DNA of 60,790 bases, from positions 1-60,790 of the forward strand of contig DASSPJ010000006.1 of assembly GCA_035699665.1 (NCBI GenBank). The letters are read 5' to 3'. Both the position numbers and the translations under genes were made by a program. This document shows, piece after piece, positions 50,082-57,449 of the stretch. The notes beneath the pieces are model-generated. The model was not told where the DNA came from. It did not search any database and saw only the letters and a list, made by a program, of their open reading frames with translations. The DNA is from Candidatus Limnocylindria bacterium (GTDB taxonomy: Bacteria; Chloroflexota; Limnocylindria; QHBO01). Positions within the stretch are counted from its first letter, which is position 1, and each line of letters starts with the position of its first letter.

Positions 50082-50140
50082 GACGCGACGATGATATGCC
50101 GAGGTTGGACGCAATGCAAGACCGAAATCGGCAGATGCGC

Positions 50141-50839
50141 CTAGCGGGACCGGTGGAACAGGCCGAGCTTCAGCTCGAGCATCGGCCGATGCGGCTGCAT
50201 GAGGTACGCGCGACCGCGATCGCCGTAGAGGCGCGGCAGGAGCTCGTGCGCGGTGGCGTCGTCGCGCAGGTCCAGCCGGGTGTGGACGACCTTGATCTTG
50301 AACCCGTGGCGCAGCCACCAGCCGGTGCGCCGCTGCGTCGCGTCGAGGGCGTGCCGAACCACCTCCGGCTCGAGCAGGTTGGCCACGTCGTCGCGGCCGT
50401 AGTAGCCGATCGCGATGAGCCGCCCCCCTGGGCGCAGCACGCGCAGCGCCTCGTCGACCAGCGCCAGGGAGGCATCCTCGGGGTCGATGAGCCCGGTGAG
50501 CACCACGTCCACCGCGCCGTCGCGCAGCGGCAGCCCTGCCAGCGACCCTTCGACCACGCGCAGGTTCGGCTGGTGCGCCTTGCCGGCCAGGCGGCGGGCC
50601 TCGTCCAGCAGCGCAGGGTCGGACTCGACACCGTAGGTGCGCGCCGTGCGCCGGGCGAGGAGGCGCGGGTAGTGGCCGATCCCCGTTCCGACGTCGGCGA
50701 TCCGCTTCCCGGAGAGCGGCACGATCCGCTCGATGGCGGCCAGGATCCGCCGCTCCGGGTCGATGGCGTCGCTCAGGCGAGCGTGGAGCTCGACGTCCAG
50801 GTCGCTCCACGGCGGGAGGATGGCGTGCGGGGTGCTCAC
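50141..50839 (-). CDS. class I SAM-dependent methyltransferase
   Basis: The GTG at 50839 overlaps the upstream stop (GTGA). Motif I is IADVGTGIGHY and the post-I region is RVLRPGGRLI. Confidence 0.75.
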   Translation of the reverse strand: MSTPHAILPPWSDLDVELHARLSDAIDPERRILAAIERIVPLSGKRIADVGTGIGHYPRLLARRTARTYGVESDPALLDEARRLAGKAHQPNLRVVEGSLAGLPLRDGAVDVVLTGLIDPEDASLALVDEALRVLRPGGRLIAIGYYGRDDVANLLEPEVVRHALDATQRRTGWWLRHGFKIKVVHTRLDLRDDATAHELLPRLYGDRGRAYLMQPHRPMLELKLGLFHRSR

Positions 50840-51522
50840 GGGGTGCTGACCCGCAGCTCGGCGGGCGCACCATCCTCGAGGGTCAGCAGCGCCTCGTTGT
50901 CGAGCACCTGCAGGTCGAACGCGACCGGCCCGTCGGCGCGCCGCGTCACGTAGAGCGTGATCTCGAGCGTCATCCCCGGGTCCATCGGCCCGTAGCCGAG
51001 CGACGTCGTGCCGGCCGGCTCGCCCTCCTCGCCGGGCCCTTCGACCCACTTCGTCCAATCGGTCACGGTGGTGAGCGGCGGTCCGAACTCCGCGACCCGC
51101 GCCGCGCTCGGGACGAACGGGGCGAGGAACAGCTCGTCGGCAAGGTCGGTGGCCCAGCGCAGCACGATCTCGTCGATGCGGGTCTCCGACAGGTTGGTCA
51201 CCGTCACCGCGATCGTGCCGCCGTCGCCGGTGAGGGCGGGGGCGACGGCCACGCGCACCTCGCGCGGGTCGCGATCGGCGGGGAGGTCGAGCGAGTGGGC
51301 CGGCTCGGGGGTGGCCGTGGGCGAGGCGGTGCTGGTGGGTCGCTCGGTCGAGATCGGTGACGGTGTGACGCTCGCCGATGAGGTCTGGGTCGGCGTCGGC
51401 GAGGCCGTCAGGCAGCCGCCCAGGAGGAGCATGACCGCGAGCCCAGCCGCGAGGCGCGCGTTGGCGATGTCGATCCGCCGGTCGGTGGGGAGGGCGGCCG
51501 AGCCGCGGTGGGTGATGGTCAT
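50836..51522 (-). CDS. hypothetical lipoprotein with Ser/Thr/Pro-rich linker
   Basis: It has a lipobox (MLLLGGCL) and an STP-rich linker followed by a beta-rich domain. I recognised no family. Confidence 0.5.
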   Translation of the reverse strand: MTITHRGSAALPTDRRIDIANARLAAGLAVMLLLGGCLTASPTPTQTSSASVTPSPISTERPTSTASPTATPEPAHSLDLPADRDPREVRVAVAPALTGDGGTIAVTVTNLSETRIDEIVLRWATDLADELFLAPFVPSAARVAEFGPPLTTVTDWTKWVEGPGEEGEPAGTTSLGYGPMDPGMTLEITLYVTRRADGPVAFDLQVLDNEALLTLEDGAPAELRVSTP

Positions 51523-51638
51523 GATGCGCGGCGGACGGCCGCGACGGGCATGGTAAGCGAGAGGGCCGTGCCCCGCCCCGGCCGATCACGCCGGCGGAGC
51601 CACGTGTGGGCGCGCCGCGCTACGATGCCGGCCACGCC

Positions 51639-52058
51639 ATGTCGACACCGGAACGCACCTCTCGCACGCCGCTCGGCGTCCTCCTGTGGTTCGGCTGGGC
51701 GCTGGGCCTGCTGGCGGTGAGCGGCCTCCTGCTGCCGCGCATCGTGGCGTTCACCGACTTCAGCGAGCGCGCTCCCTTCAGCCTGCTCGGGGTCTTCATG
51801 ATGCTCGAGCTGGCGCTCGTGATCTTCGGGATCACCGTCGCCCTGCAACGCAAGCGGATCGCGCACCGCTTTGCCATCGGGATCAGCCTCCTGCCGGTAC
51901 CGATCCTGGCCGGCCTGCCGCCGGCGCTGCTCGAGATGCCGCCCGATGCCGCGGCGGGCTGGTACGCGCTCACCGTGCCGCTCGGCCTGGCGCTCAGCGC
52001 GATCCTGGTCGTCGGCCTGCTGCGCCGCGCGTCCCGCGACTACTTCAGCGAGCCGTAG
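51639..52058 (+). CDS. hypothetical membrane protein
   Basis: The ATG at 51639 is in frame with track ORF 51606..52058. It has 4 TM helices. A TACGAT box lies 12 nt upstream. Confidence 0.5.
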   Translation: MSTPERTSRTPLGVLLWFGWALGLLAVSGLLLPRIVAFTDFSERAPFSLLGVFMMLELALVIFGITVALQRKRIAHRFAIGISLLPVPILAGLPPALLEMPPDAAAGWYALTVPLGLALSAILVVGLLRRASRDYFSEP

Positions 52059-52126
52059 CGGCTCCCGCGCGGCGGCCTGCGGCGTCCCGCGGATGCCGGG
52101 GTGCCAACGCGCGCGAACCCGGTCCC

Positions 52127-52132
52127 TATACT
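52127..52132 (+). promoter_or_regulatory. -10 element TATACT, 7 nt upstream of the tdh ATG
   Basis: CCTATACTCGTGGCG-ATG with no Shine-Dalgarno sequence, so the predicted mRNA is leaderless. Confidence 0.55.
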
Positions 52133-52139
52133 CGTGGCG

Positions 52140-53189
52140 ATGACCGCGACCGCCCCGCCGCGCACCATGCGCGCGCTCGCCAAGACGCGTCCCGAGCCGG
52201 GCGCGGAGCTGGTCGAACGCCCGGTCCCGGTCCCGGGCCCGGGCGACGTGCTGCTGCGCATGGAGGCCGCCTCGATCTGCGGCACCGACCTGCACCTGTT
52301 CAGCTGGGACGCCTGGGCGCAGGACGTCATGCGGCCGCCGACGATCCTCGGCCACGAGCTGGCGGGGCGCGTGGTCGGCACCGGCAGCGGCGTCACGCGG
52401 GTCCGCGAGGGCGACCTGGTCGGCGTCGAGAGCCACCTCGTCGACTGGACCTGTTCGGTCTGCCGGCGGGGTGACCCGCACCTGTGCCGCAACCTGCGCG
52501 TGATCGGGGCGCACGTCGACGGCGGATTCGCCGAGTACGTCGTCGTTCCCGAGGAGAACGCCATCGAGAGCAACGGCCTCGACCCCGCGGTCGTCGCTCT
52601 CCAGGAGCCGATGGGCAACGCGGTGCACGCCGCCTTCGTCGAGCCGATCGAGGGGAGGAGCGTGCTCGTCACCGGATGCGGCCCGATCGGGCTGTGCTCG
52701 GTGGGGATCGCCCGCGCTGCCGGCGCATCGGTCGTGATCGCCACCGATACCGAGCCGTATCGCCTGGAGCTGGCCCGCACCATGGGGGCACACCTCGCGC
52801 TCGACGCCGCCGACCCCGCCACGCCGGGGCGCGTTCGCGAGGCGACCGGCGGGGACGGGGTCGAGGTGGTGCTCGAGATGAGCGGCGCGGCGCCGGCCCT
52901 TGCGCAGGCGCTCGACGTCATCGACCGCGGCGGGCGCATCAGCCTGCTCGGCATCTTCGGCGAACCGCCGACGGTCGACCTGTCCGACCTGGTGATCATG
53001 AAGGGCGTGCGTCTGCACGGGATCTTCGGCCGGCGCATGTACGAGACCTGGGAGCAGACCCAGGCGCTCCTTCGCGGCGGGCTCGACGTGAGCCCCATCA
53101 TCACCCATCGACTTCCACTCGAGCGCTGGCCCGAGGCGTTCGACCAGATCGCCTCGCGTCACGCCGGCAAGGTCGTGCTCCTGCCGTAG
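52140..53189 (+). CDS. tdh: L-threonine 3-dehydrogenase (zinc-dependent MDR family)
   Basis: Motifs: MEAASICGTDLHLF, GHELAGRVV, the structural-zinc Cys cluster CSVCRRGDPHLC, and GCGPIGL. kbl lies downstream. Confidence 0.85.
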   Translation: MTATAPPRTMRALAKTRPEPGAELVERPVPVPGPGDVLLRMEAASICGTDLHLFSWDAWAQDVMRPPTILGHELAGRVVGTGSGVTRVREGDLVGVESHLVDWTCSVCRRGDPHLCRNLRVIGAHVDGGFAEYVVVPEENAIESNGLDPAVVALQEPMGNAVHAAFVEPIEGRSVLVTGCGPIGLCSVGIARAAGASVVIATDTEPYRLELARTMGAHLALDAADPATPGRVREATGGDGVEVVLEMSGAAPALAQALDVIDRGGRISLLGIFGEPPTVDLSDLVIMKGVRLHGIFGRRMYETWEQTQALLRGGLDVSPIITHRLPLERWPEAFDQIASRHAGKVVLLP

Positions 53190-53218
53190 GGGTTCCGCCG
53201 TGCCGGGGTGAATCAACA

Positions 53219-53430
53219 CTCAGGTCGTGAGGCCTATCGGGGCGCGCCGGGCTCCTGCCGGCGGCCAAGTCTCACCAGCTGAGAGCTACACACGCGCCCG
53301 GTCCTTGTGAGCGCCTACCTCTCACCATCCGAGAGTTGCAAGACAGGGCGAGCCCCTCCGCTGGGATAAGCCTCACCAGCCGAGAGGTCGAGCACCCGGT
53401 GAAGCCGCCACGCCCTCGATAAGCGCCCGA
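53219..53430 (+). repeat. left array: four phased hairpin repeats, cores at 53219, 53271, 53321, 53372
   Basis: The cores are CTCAGGTCGTGAGG, CTCACCAGCTGAGAG, CTCACCATCCGAGAG and CTCACCAGCCGAGAG. Spacing is 52/50/51 nt, and every core has an A at -4. Confidence 0.8.
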
Positions 53431-53467
53431 TGAGTTGCCGGTAAGGCCCGCCGTCCATCATCGGAGC

Positions 53468-54274
53468 ATGAACTTCGTGCCGATGGGCCGTGTGTTGCGG
53501 ATGCTTCGCCTGCGGCGGAACTGGACGCAGGGTGCAGTGGCGGATCGTGCGCGCGTGTCGGCGGCCACGGTCGGTCGTCATGAAAACGGCCGCGTCGGAA
53601 GCTTCGATGCGCTCGAGCGTCACGCCGCCGTGTTCAGCCTGCGGGTGGAGGTGCGCCTGACCGGACGCGCTGGTGAGCTCGCGCGGATCGGTGACGAGGA
53701 GCACGCCGCCATCGTGGAGACCGTCGCAGCGACGCTCCGCGCCGCGGGGTTTGCGGTCGAGCCAGAGGTGAGCTTCAACCAGTGGGGCGAGCGTGGGCGA
53801 ATCGACCTGCTGGCCTACCACCCGGACACCGGCACGCTGGTCATCGTCGAGGTCAAGACGCTGCTCGTCGACCTGCAGGACCTCTTTGGCCGCCTCGACA
53901 CGAAGGTGCGACTCGCCGGAATGGTCGCGGAGCGTCTCGGTTGGACGGCTCGCCGCAGGGTGACGCTGCTGGTCGTGGCGGACACGTCGCACAACCGCCA
54001 CATCGTCCGCCGACACCCCGTCCTGTTCAGCGCGTTCGAGTCGCGCGATCTTCGTGGTGTTCCGCTGGCCGAGGACGGCGCCAGGCTGCTGAGATGGATC
54101 ACGCACGAGCGGGCCTCGCGGCCGCCCTGGCTCGCCGGGCGGCAGCGGATCCGACGCCGCCGAAGGGCCGCGGACGTACCACGCCCCTCCGAGCGGCGCC
54201 AGCTCTCACCTCGTGAGGCCAATCCCCCGGACCGACCGGCTGACCCGCAGCAACTCTCACCGGATGGGGGTTGA
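53468..54274 (+). CDS. XRE-type HTH fused to PD-(D/E)xK nuclease-like domain, Arg-rich tail
   Basis: The HTH reads LRMLRLRRNWTQGAVADRARVSAATVGRHENG. The nuclease-like core reads EEHAAIVE ... GERGRIDLLAY ... LVIVEVKT. The first 40 codons are about 25% A/T at the third position, against about 5% in tdh. The start could also be the TTG at 53435 or the ATG at 53483. Confidence 0.65.
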   Translation: MNFVPMGRVLRMLRLRRNWTQGAVADRARVSAATVGRHENGRVGSFDALERHAAVFSLRVEVRLTGRAGELARIGDEEHAAIVETVAATLRAAGFAVEPEVSFNQWGERGRIDLLAYHPDTGTLVIVEVKTLLVDLQDLFGRLDTKVRLAGMVAERLGWTARRRVTLLVVADTSHNRHIVRRHPVLFSAFESRDLRGVPLAEDGARLLRWITHERASRPPWLAGRQRIRRRRRAADVPRPSERRQLSPREANPPDRPADPQQLSPDGG

Positions 54275-54408
54275 CCAGCGCGCCGCGGGACGGCGAGCGG
54301 TCAGCGCTCACCTGCTGAGAGTTGACAACGCTCCGCTCATCGTGCGCCGCGATACGCCTCACCTGGTGAGCGGTGCGCGGACCAGGAGAACTCCGGCTGC
54401 TGCCCGCT
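54205..54408 (+). repeat. right array: four phased hairpin repeats, cores at 54205, 54256, 54307, 54358
   Basis: The cores are CTCACCTCGTGAGG, CTCACCGGATGGGGG, CTCACCTGCTGAGAG and CTCACCTGGTGAG. Spacing is exactly 51 nt. The first two units overlap the CDS tail. Confidence 0.8.
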
Positions 54409-54461
54409 ACGCCCCGGCCCTGGGCGCGCGACGGGCGGGCATTGCTACCCGGGGCCGCTCC

Positions 54462-54467
54462 TATACT
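54462..54467 (+). promoter_or_regulatory. -10 element TATACT, 7 nt upstream of the kbl ATG
   Basis: CCTATACTCGACCCG-ATG has the same geometry as the tdh promoter. Confidence 0.55.
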
Positions 54468-54474
54468 CGACCCG

Positions 54475-55689
54475 ATGACCGACGCCACCGCGCGTACGCG
54501 CAACCCGCTCGCCTTCCTGGACGCCACGCTCGACGACCTGCGGGCGCGCGGCCTCTACCGGCGGCTGCGCGTGGTCGAGAGCGAGCAGGCGAGCCGCTGC
54601 GTCATCGACGGCCGCGAGGTGATCACCCTCAGCTCGAACAACTACCTGGGGCTCACCACCCATCCACGCCTGAAGGCGGCGGCGATCGAGGCGGTTGAGC
54701 GATTCGGGGCCGGCAGCGGAGCCGTGCGCACCATCGCCGGCACGATGCGTCTCCACGAGCAGCTGGAAGCGCGGCTCGCCGGCTTCAAGCACGTCGAGGC
54801 GGTGCTCACCTTCCAGTCCGGGTTCACCTGCAACACCGGCGTGATCCCGATCCTGGCGCCCGGTGGTGCGGTGATCGTCTCCGACGCCCTGAACCACGCC
54901 AGCATCATCGACGGCATCCGCCTCACCAAGGCCGAGCGCAAGATCTTCCCGCACGCCGACATGGAGGCGCTGCGGAGCGCCCTGGCCGAGGTGCGCGCGG
55001 CGCCGGGCGGCGCGGAGCGGACCATCCTGGTGATCACCGACGGCGTCTTCAGCATGGACGGCGACATTGCCCGGCTTCCCGAGATCGTGGAGGCGGCCGA
55101 GGAGCACGACGCGATCGTCTACGTCGACGACGCCCACGCGTCCGGGGTGCTGGGTCGCAACGGGCGCGGGAGCGTCGACCATTTCGACCTTCACGGCCGC
55201 GTCCACGTGCAGGTCGGGACGCTGTCCAAGGCGATCGGCGTGCTGGGCGGCTACGTCGCCGGGCCGGCGAGCCTGCGCGCGGTGCTCGAGCACCAGGGAC
55301 GCCCCTTCCTCTTCTCGACCTCGCACCCGCCGGCCGTGGCCGCGGCCTGCCTCGCCGCGATCGACGTGCTCGAGCAAGAGCCGGAGCTGATCGAGCGGCT
55401 GTGGACCAACGCGCGCCACTTCAAGGCGGGGCTGGCACGGCTCGGGTTCGACACCGGCGCGTCCGAGACGCCGATCACGCCCGTCATCGTCGGCGCCGGC
55501 GCGCTGGCCCACAGGCTGAGCGACCGCCTCTTCGAAGAGGGCGTCTTCGCCATGGGGATCGGCTTCCCGACCGTCCCGGAGGAGAAGAGCCGGGTGCGCA
55601 CCATCGTGACCGCGGAGCACACCATCGCGGAGCTCGATGCCTGCCTGGCGGCGTTCGAGAAGGTCGGCCGCGAACTGGCCATCATCTGA
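54475..55689 (+). CDS. kbl: glycine C-acetyltransferase (2-amino-3-ketobutyrate CoA ligase)
   Basis: It is an alpha-oxoamine synthase fold ([20 protein letters not shown]-Lys context GTLSKA). It is paired with tdh. Confidence 0.85.
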   Translation: MTDATARTRNPLAFLDATLDDLRARGLYRRLRVVESEQASRCVIDGREVITLSSNNYLGLTTHPRLKAAAIEAVERFGAGSGAVRTIAGTMRLHEQLEARLAGFKHVEAVLTFQSGFTCNTGVIPILAPGGAVIVSDALNHASIIDGIRLTKAERKIFPHADMEALRSALAEVRAAPGGAERTILVITDGVFSMDGDIARLPEIVEAAEEHDAIVYVDDAHASGVLGRNGRGSVDHFDLHGRVHVQVGTLSKAIGVLGGYVAGPASLRAVLEHQGRPFLFSTSHPPAVAAACLAAIDVLEQEPELIERLWTNARHFKAGLARLGFDTGASETPITPVIVGAGALAHRLSDRLFEEGVFAMGIGFPTVPEEKSRVRTIVTAEHTIAELDACLAAFEKVGRELAII

Positions 55690-55815
55690 GCCACGTGGGC
55701 GGTGCGCCAGGGCACCGCTGCATCTTCCCTCCGCGGTACCCGGGCAGTACGATGGGCGCCGCCTTCGGGCGTGACCGTTGCCCTCACGTGCCCAGCAGGA
55801 ACTCCCCAGAGACCG

Positions 55816-56451
55816 ATGCGCCCGCGATCGATGGACCTCCTCGCGCCCCCCGCCGCCGACCCGGCCCTCCTGCAGCCGCCCGACCTTCCGGCCCTGGCGA
55901 CCGCCCCGCTGGCGCGCGACGCGTCCATCGACGAGCTGGCTCTCGCCGCGCGGGACGGTGATGTCGCGGCGCTCGGCCGTCTCTACGACGAGCTGGTCAC
56001 CCCGATCTATCGGTACGTCGCGCTGCGCGTCCGGCGGCGCGAGGATGCCGAGGACCTGACGCAGCTCGTCTTCGAGCGCATCGTGGGCGCCCTGCCGCGC
56101 TACCGGCCGAATGGGAGCCCGTTCCAGGCATGGGCGTACCGCATCGCCCGCAATGCGGTGATCGACCATGCACGGCGCGAGCGGAACCATGAGCCGCTCG
56201 ACCCGCTCCACGAGCGCCCCGGCGACAGCGGTCCCGAGGAGATGAGCATGCTCGGGGAGGAGATCCGTGAGCTGCGTCGCGCGATCCGCGGCCTGACTCC
56301 GGACCAGCAGGAGGCGCTCACCCTGCGCTTCGCGGCCGGTCTGTCGGCCGAGGAGGCGGCGCTGGTGATGGGACGCCGCGCCGGCACCGTCCGCGGTCTG
56401 ACGTTCCGCGCCATCACGGCGCTCCGTCGCCGCCTGGGCGAGGAGCCGTAA
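55816..56451 (+). CDS. ECF-type RNA polymerase sigma factor
   Basis: Region 2 reads LYDELVTPIYRYVALRVRRREDAEDLTQLVFERI ... FQAWAYRIARNAVIDH. Region 4 reads LTPDQQEALTLRFAAGLSAEEAALVMGRRAGTVRGLTFRA. I chose the ATG at 55816 inside track ORF 55702..56451. Confidence 0.8.
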   Translation: MRPRSMDLLAPPAADPALLQPPDLPALATAPLARDASIDELALAARDGDVAALGRLYDELVTPIYRYVALRVRRREDAEDLTQLVFERIVGALPRYRPNGSPFQAWAYRIARNAVIDHARRERNHEPLDPLHERPGDSGPEEMSMLGEEIRELRRAIRGLTPDQQEALTLRFAAGLSAEEAALVMGRRAGTVRGLTFRAITALRRRLGEEP

Positions 56452-56453
56452 GC

Positions 56454-57281
56454 GTGGCGCGCACCCGTGACCGCGGCCGGCCGGCGGTCTTCCGCCGTGT
56501 CGAGCGCGATGCGACGCCGCACGATCGGACGTTGCGCGCCAGGCTGCGCCACGGGACGGAGCTCGAGCCGGACCCGCGGTTCGCGCGCCGCCTGCGCGGC
56601 ATCGTCCTCAGCCGGCACGTGGCCGTGCGCGAGGGCCACGTCGTGCCATCTGCCCGTCGTGCCATGACGCCCATCGGCCGTGGCGTGCTCGTCAGCAGCG
56701 TGCTGCTGGCGCTCGGGGTGACCGGCGTCGGCGCCTACTCGCAGTCCGCCCTGCCCGATGACGTCCTCTACCCGATCAAGCTGCGCCTCGAACAGCTGCG
56801 GATCGCCATCGCTCCGGCGGAGATGCGTGACGACCTCCTCGCGCTCGCGCTCGAGGAGCGGGCCGTCGAGCTCGCGCGGGCGGCCGATGCGGGTCGCTGG
56901 AACGCCGCCGAAGAGGCCGCCTGGCGGCTCGCGGTGACCGAGTCCGAGCTCGTCGCCCTGGACAGCCTCACGCCCGCGGTCGCGGCTCGTGTGGCGGCGC
57001 ACCTCCACGCCCTGGACCAGGTCCTGGCCCACGCGCCGGAGCACGCCGCGGCGACGGTCGCCGAGCGCCTCGACCCGGCCCGCGCAGACCTCCGTCGCCT
57101 GGCGCGGGGCGTGACCGGCGCGCCGACCGGTGTGCCCGCCCGCCGCGGGCCGGCCGCCGACCCGGCGAGCCCAGCCGGGGAGCGTCCACCAGCAGCGCCA
57201 GGCCGTTCGACTCGCCCCTCGCCCTCCCCGCGCGGCGCGGCGGGCGAGCCGGCGACGAACCGCGCGTCGGACAACGACTGA
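56454..57281 (+). CDS. putative anti-sigma factor (single TM, DUF5667-like extracytoplasmic domain)
   Basis: The GTG start is 3 nt after the sigma gene stop. It has a TM helix (VLVSSVLLALGVTGVGAY), then VLYPIKLRLEQLRIAIAP... and a helical repeat region. Confidence 0.55.
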   Translation: MARTRDRGRPAVFRRVERDATPHDRTLRARLRHGTELEPDPRFARRLRGIVLSRHVAVREGHVVPSARRAMTPIGRGVLVSSVLLALGVTGVGAYSQSALPDDVLYPIKLRLEQLRIAIAPAEMRDDLLALALEERAVELARAADAGRWNAAEEAAWRLAVTESELVALDSLTPAVAARVAAHLHALDQVLAHAPEHAAATVAERLDPARADLRRLARGVTGAPTGVPARRGPAADPASPAGERPPAAPGRSTRPSPSPRGAAGEPATNRASDND

Positions 57282-57348
57282 CCTCTCGGCGCTCGACGCC
57301 GAGGCGGTGATGCGCGGGCATGCCCTGCCACCTGCCCGGACACCAGAA

Positions 57349-57380
57349 GACGGGGTAGAGGCCAAGGCCTCTACCCCGTC
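57349..57380. terminator. perfect 15-bp hairpin (GACGGGGTAGAGGCC-AA-GGCCTCTACCCCGTC)
   Basis: It lies between the convergent anti-sigma gene and the surface protein gene. Confidence 0.65.
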
Positions 57381-57403
57381 CCTGCCAGGGGGGCTGGATC
57401 AAT

Positions 57404-57437
57404 CATCGGGGGCGAGCCTCGCGGCCCGCCCCCGATG
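57404..57437. terminator. 11-bp hairpin (CATCGGGGGCG ... CGCCCCCGATG)
   Basis: It lies immediately downstream of the surface protein stop on the minus strand. Confidence 0.5.
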
Positions 57438-57449
57438 GGTTGGATCGGT

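Noticed and set aside
53219-53430. The left array interpreted as a type III toxin-antitoxin (ToxI-like) RNA antitoxin
   Set aside because: Known ToxI-type repeats are near-identical 34-45-nt units lying only upstream of an endoribonuclease toxin. Here the units are divergent and occur on both sides. The protein looks like an HTH DNA-binding/PD-(D/E)xK protein, not a ToxN/AbiE-type RNase. The possibility is not excluded experimentally, but the sequence does not support it.
53219-54408. The ~51-nt periodic repeats interpreted as a CRISPR array
   Set aside because: The conserved core is only ~15 nt and is degenerate between copies. The arrays have just four units each and are split by a gene. 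No cas genes or leader are present, and the 'spacers' of the two arrays look homologous to each other.
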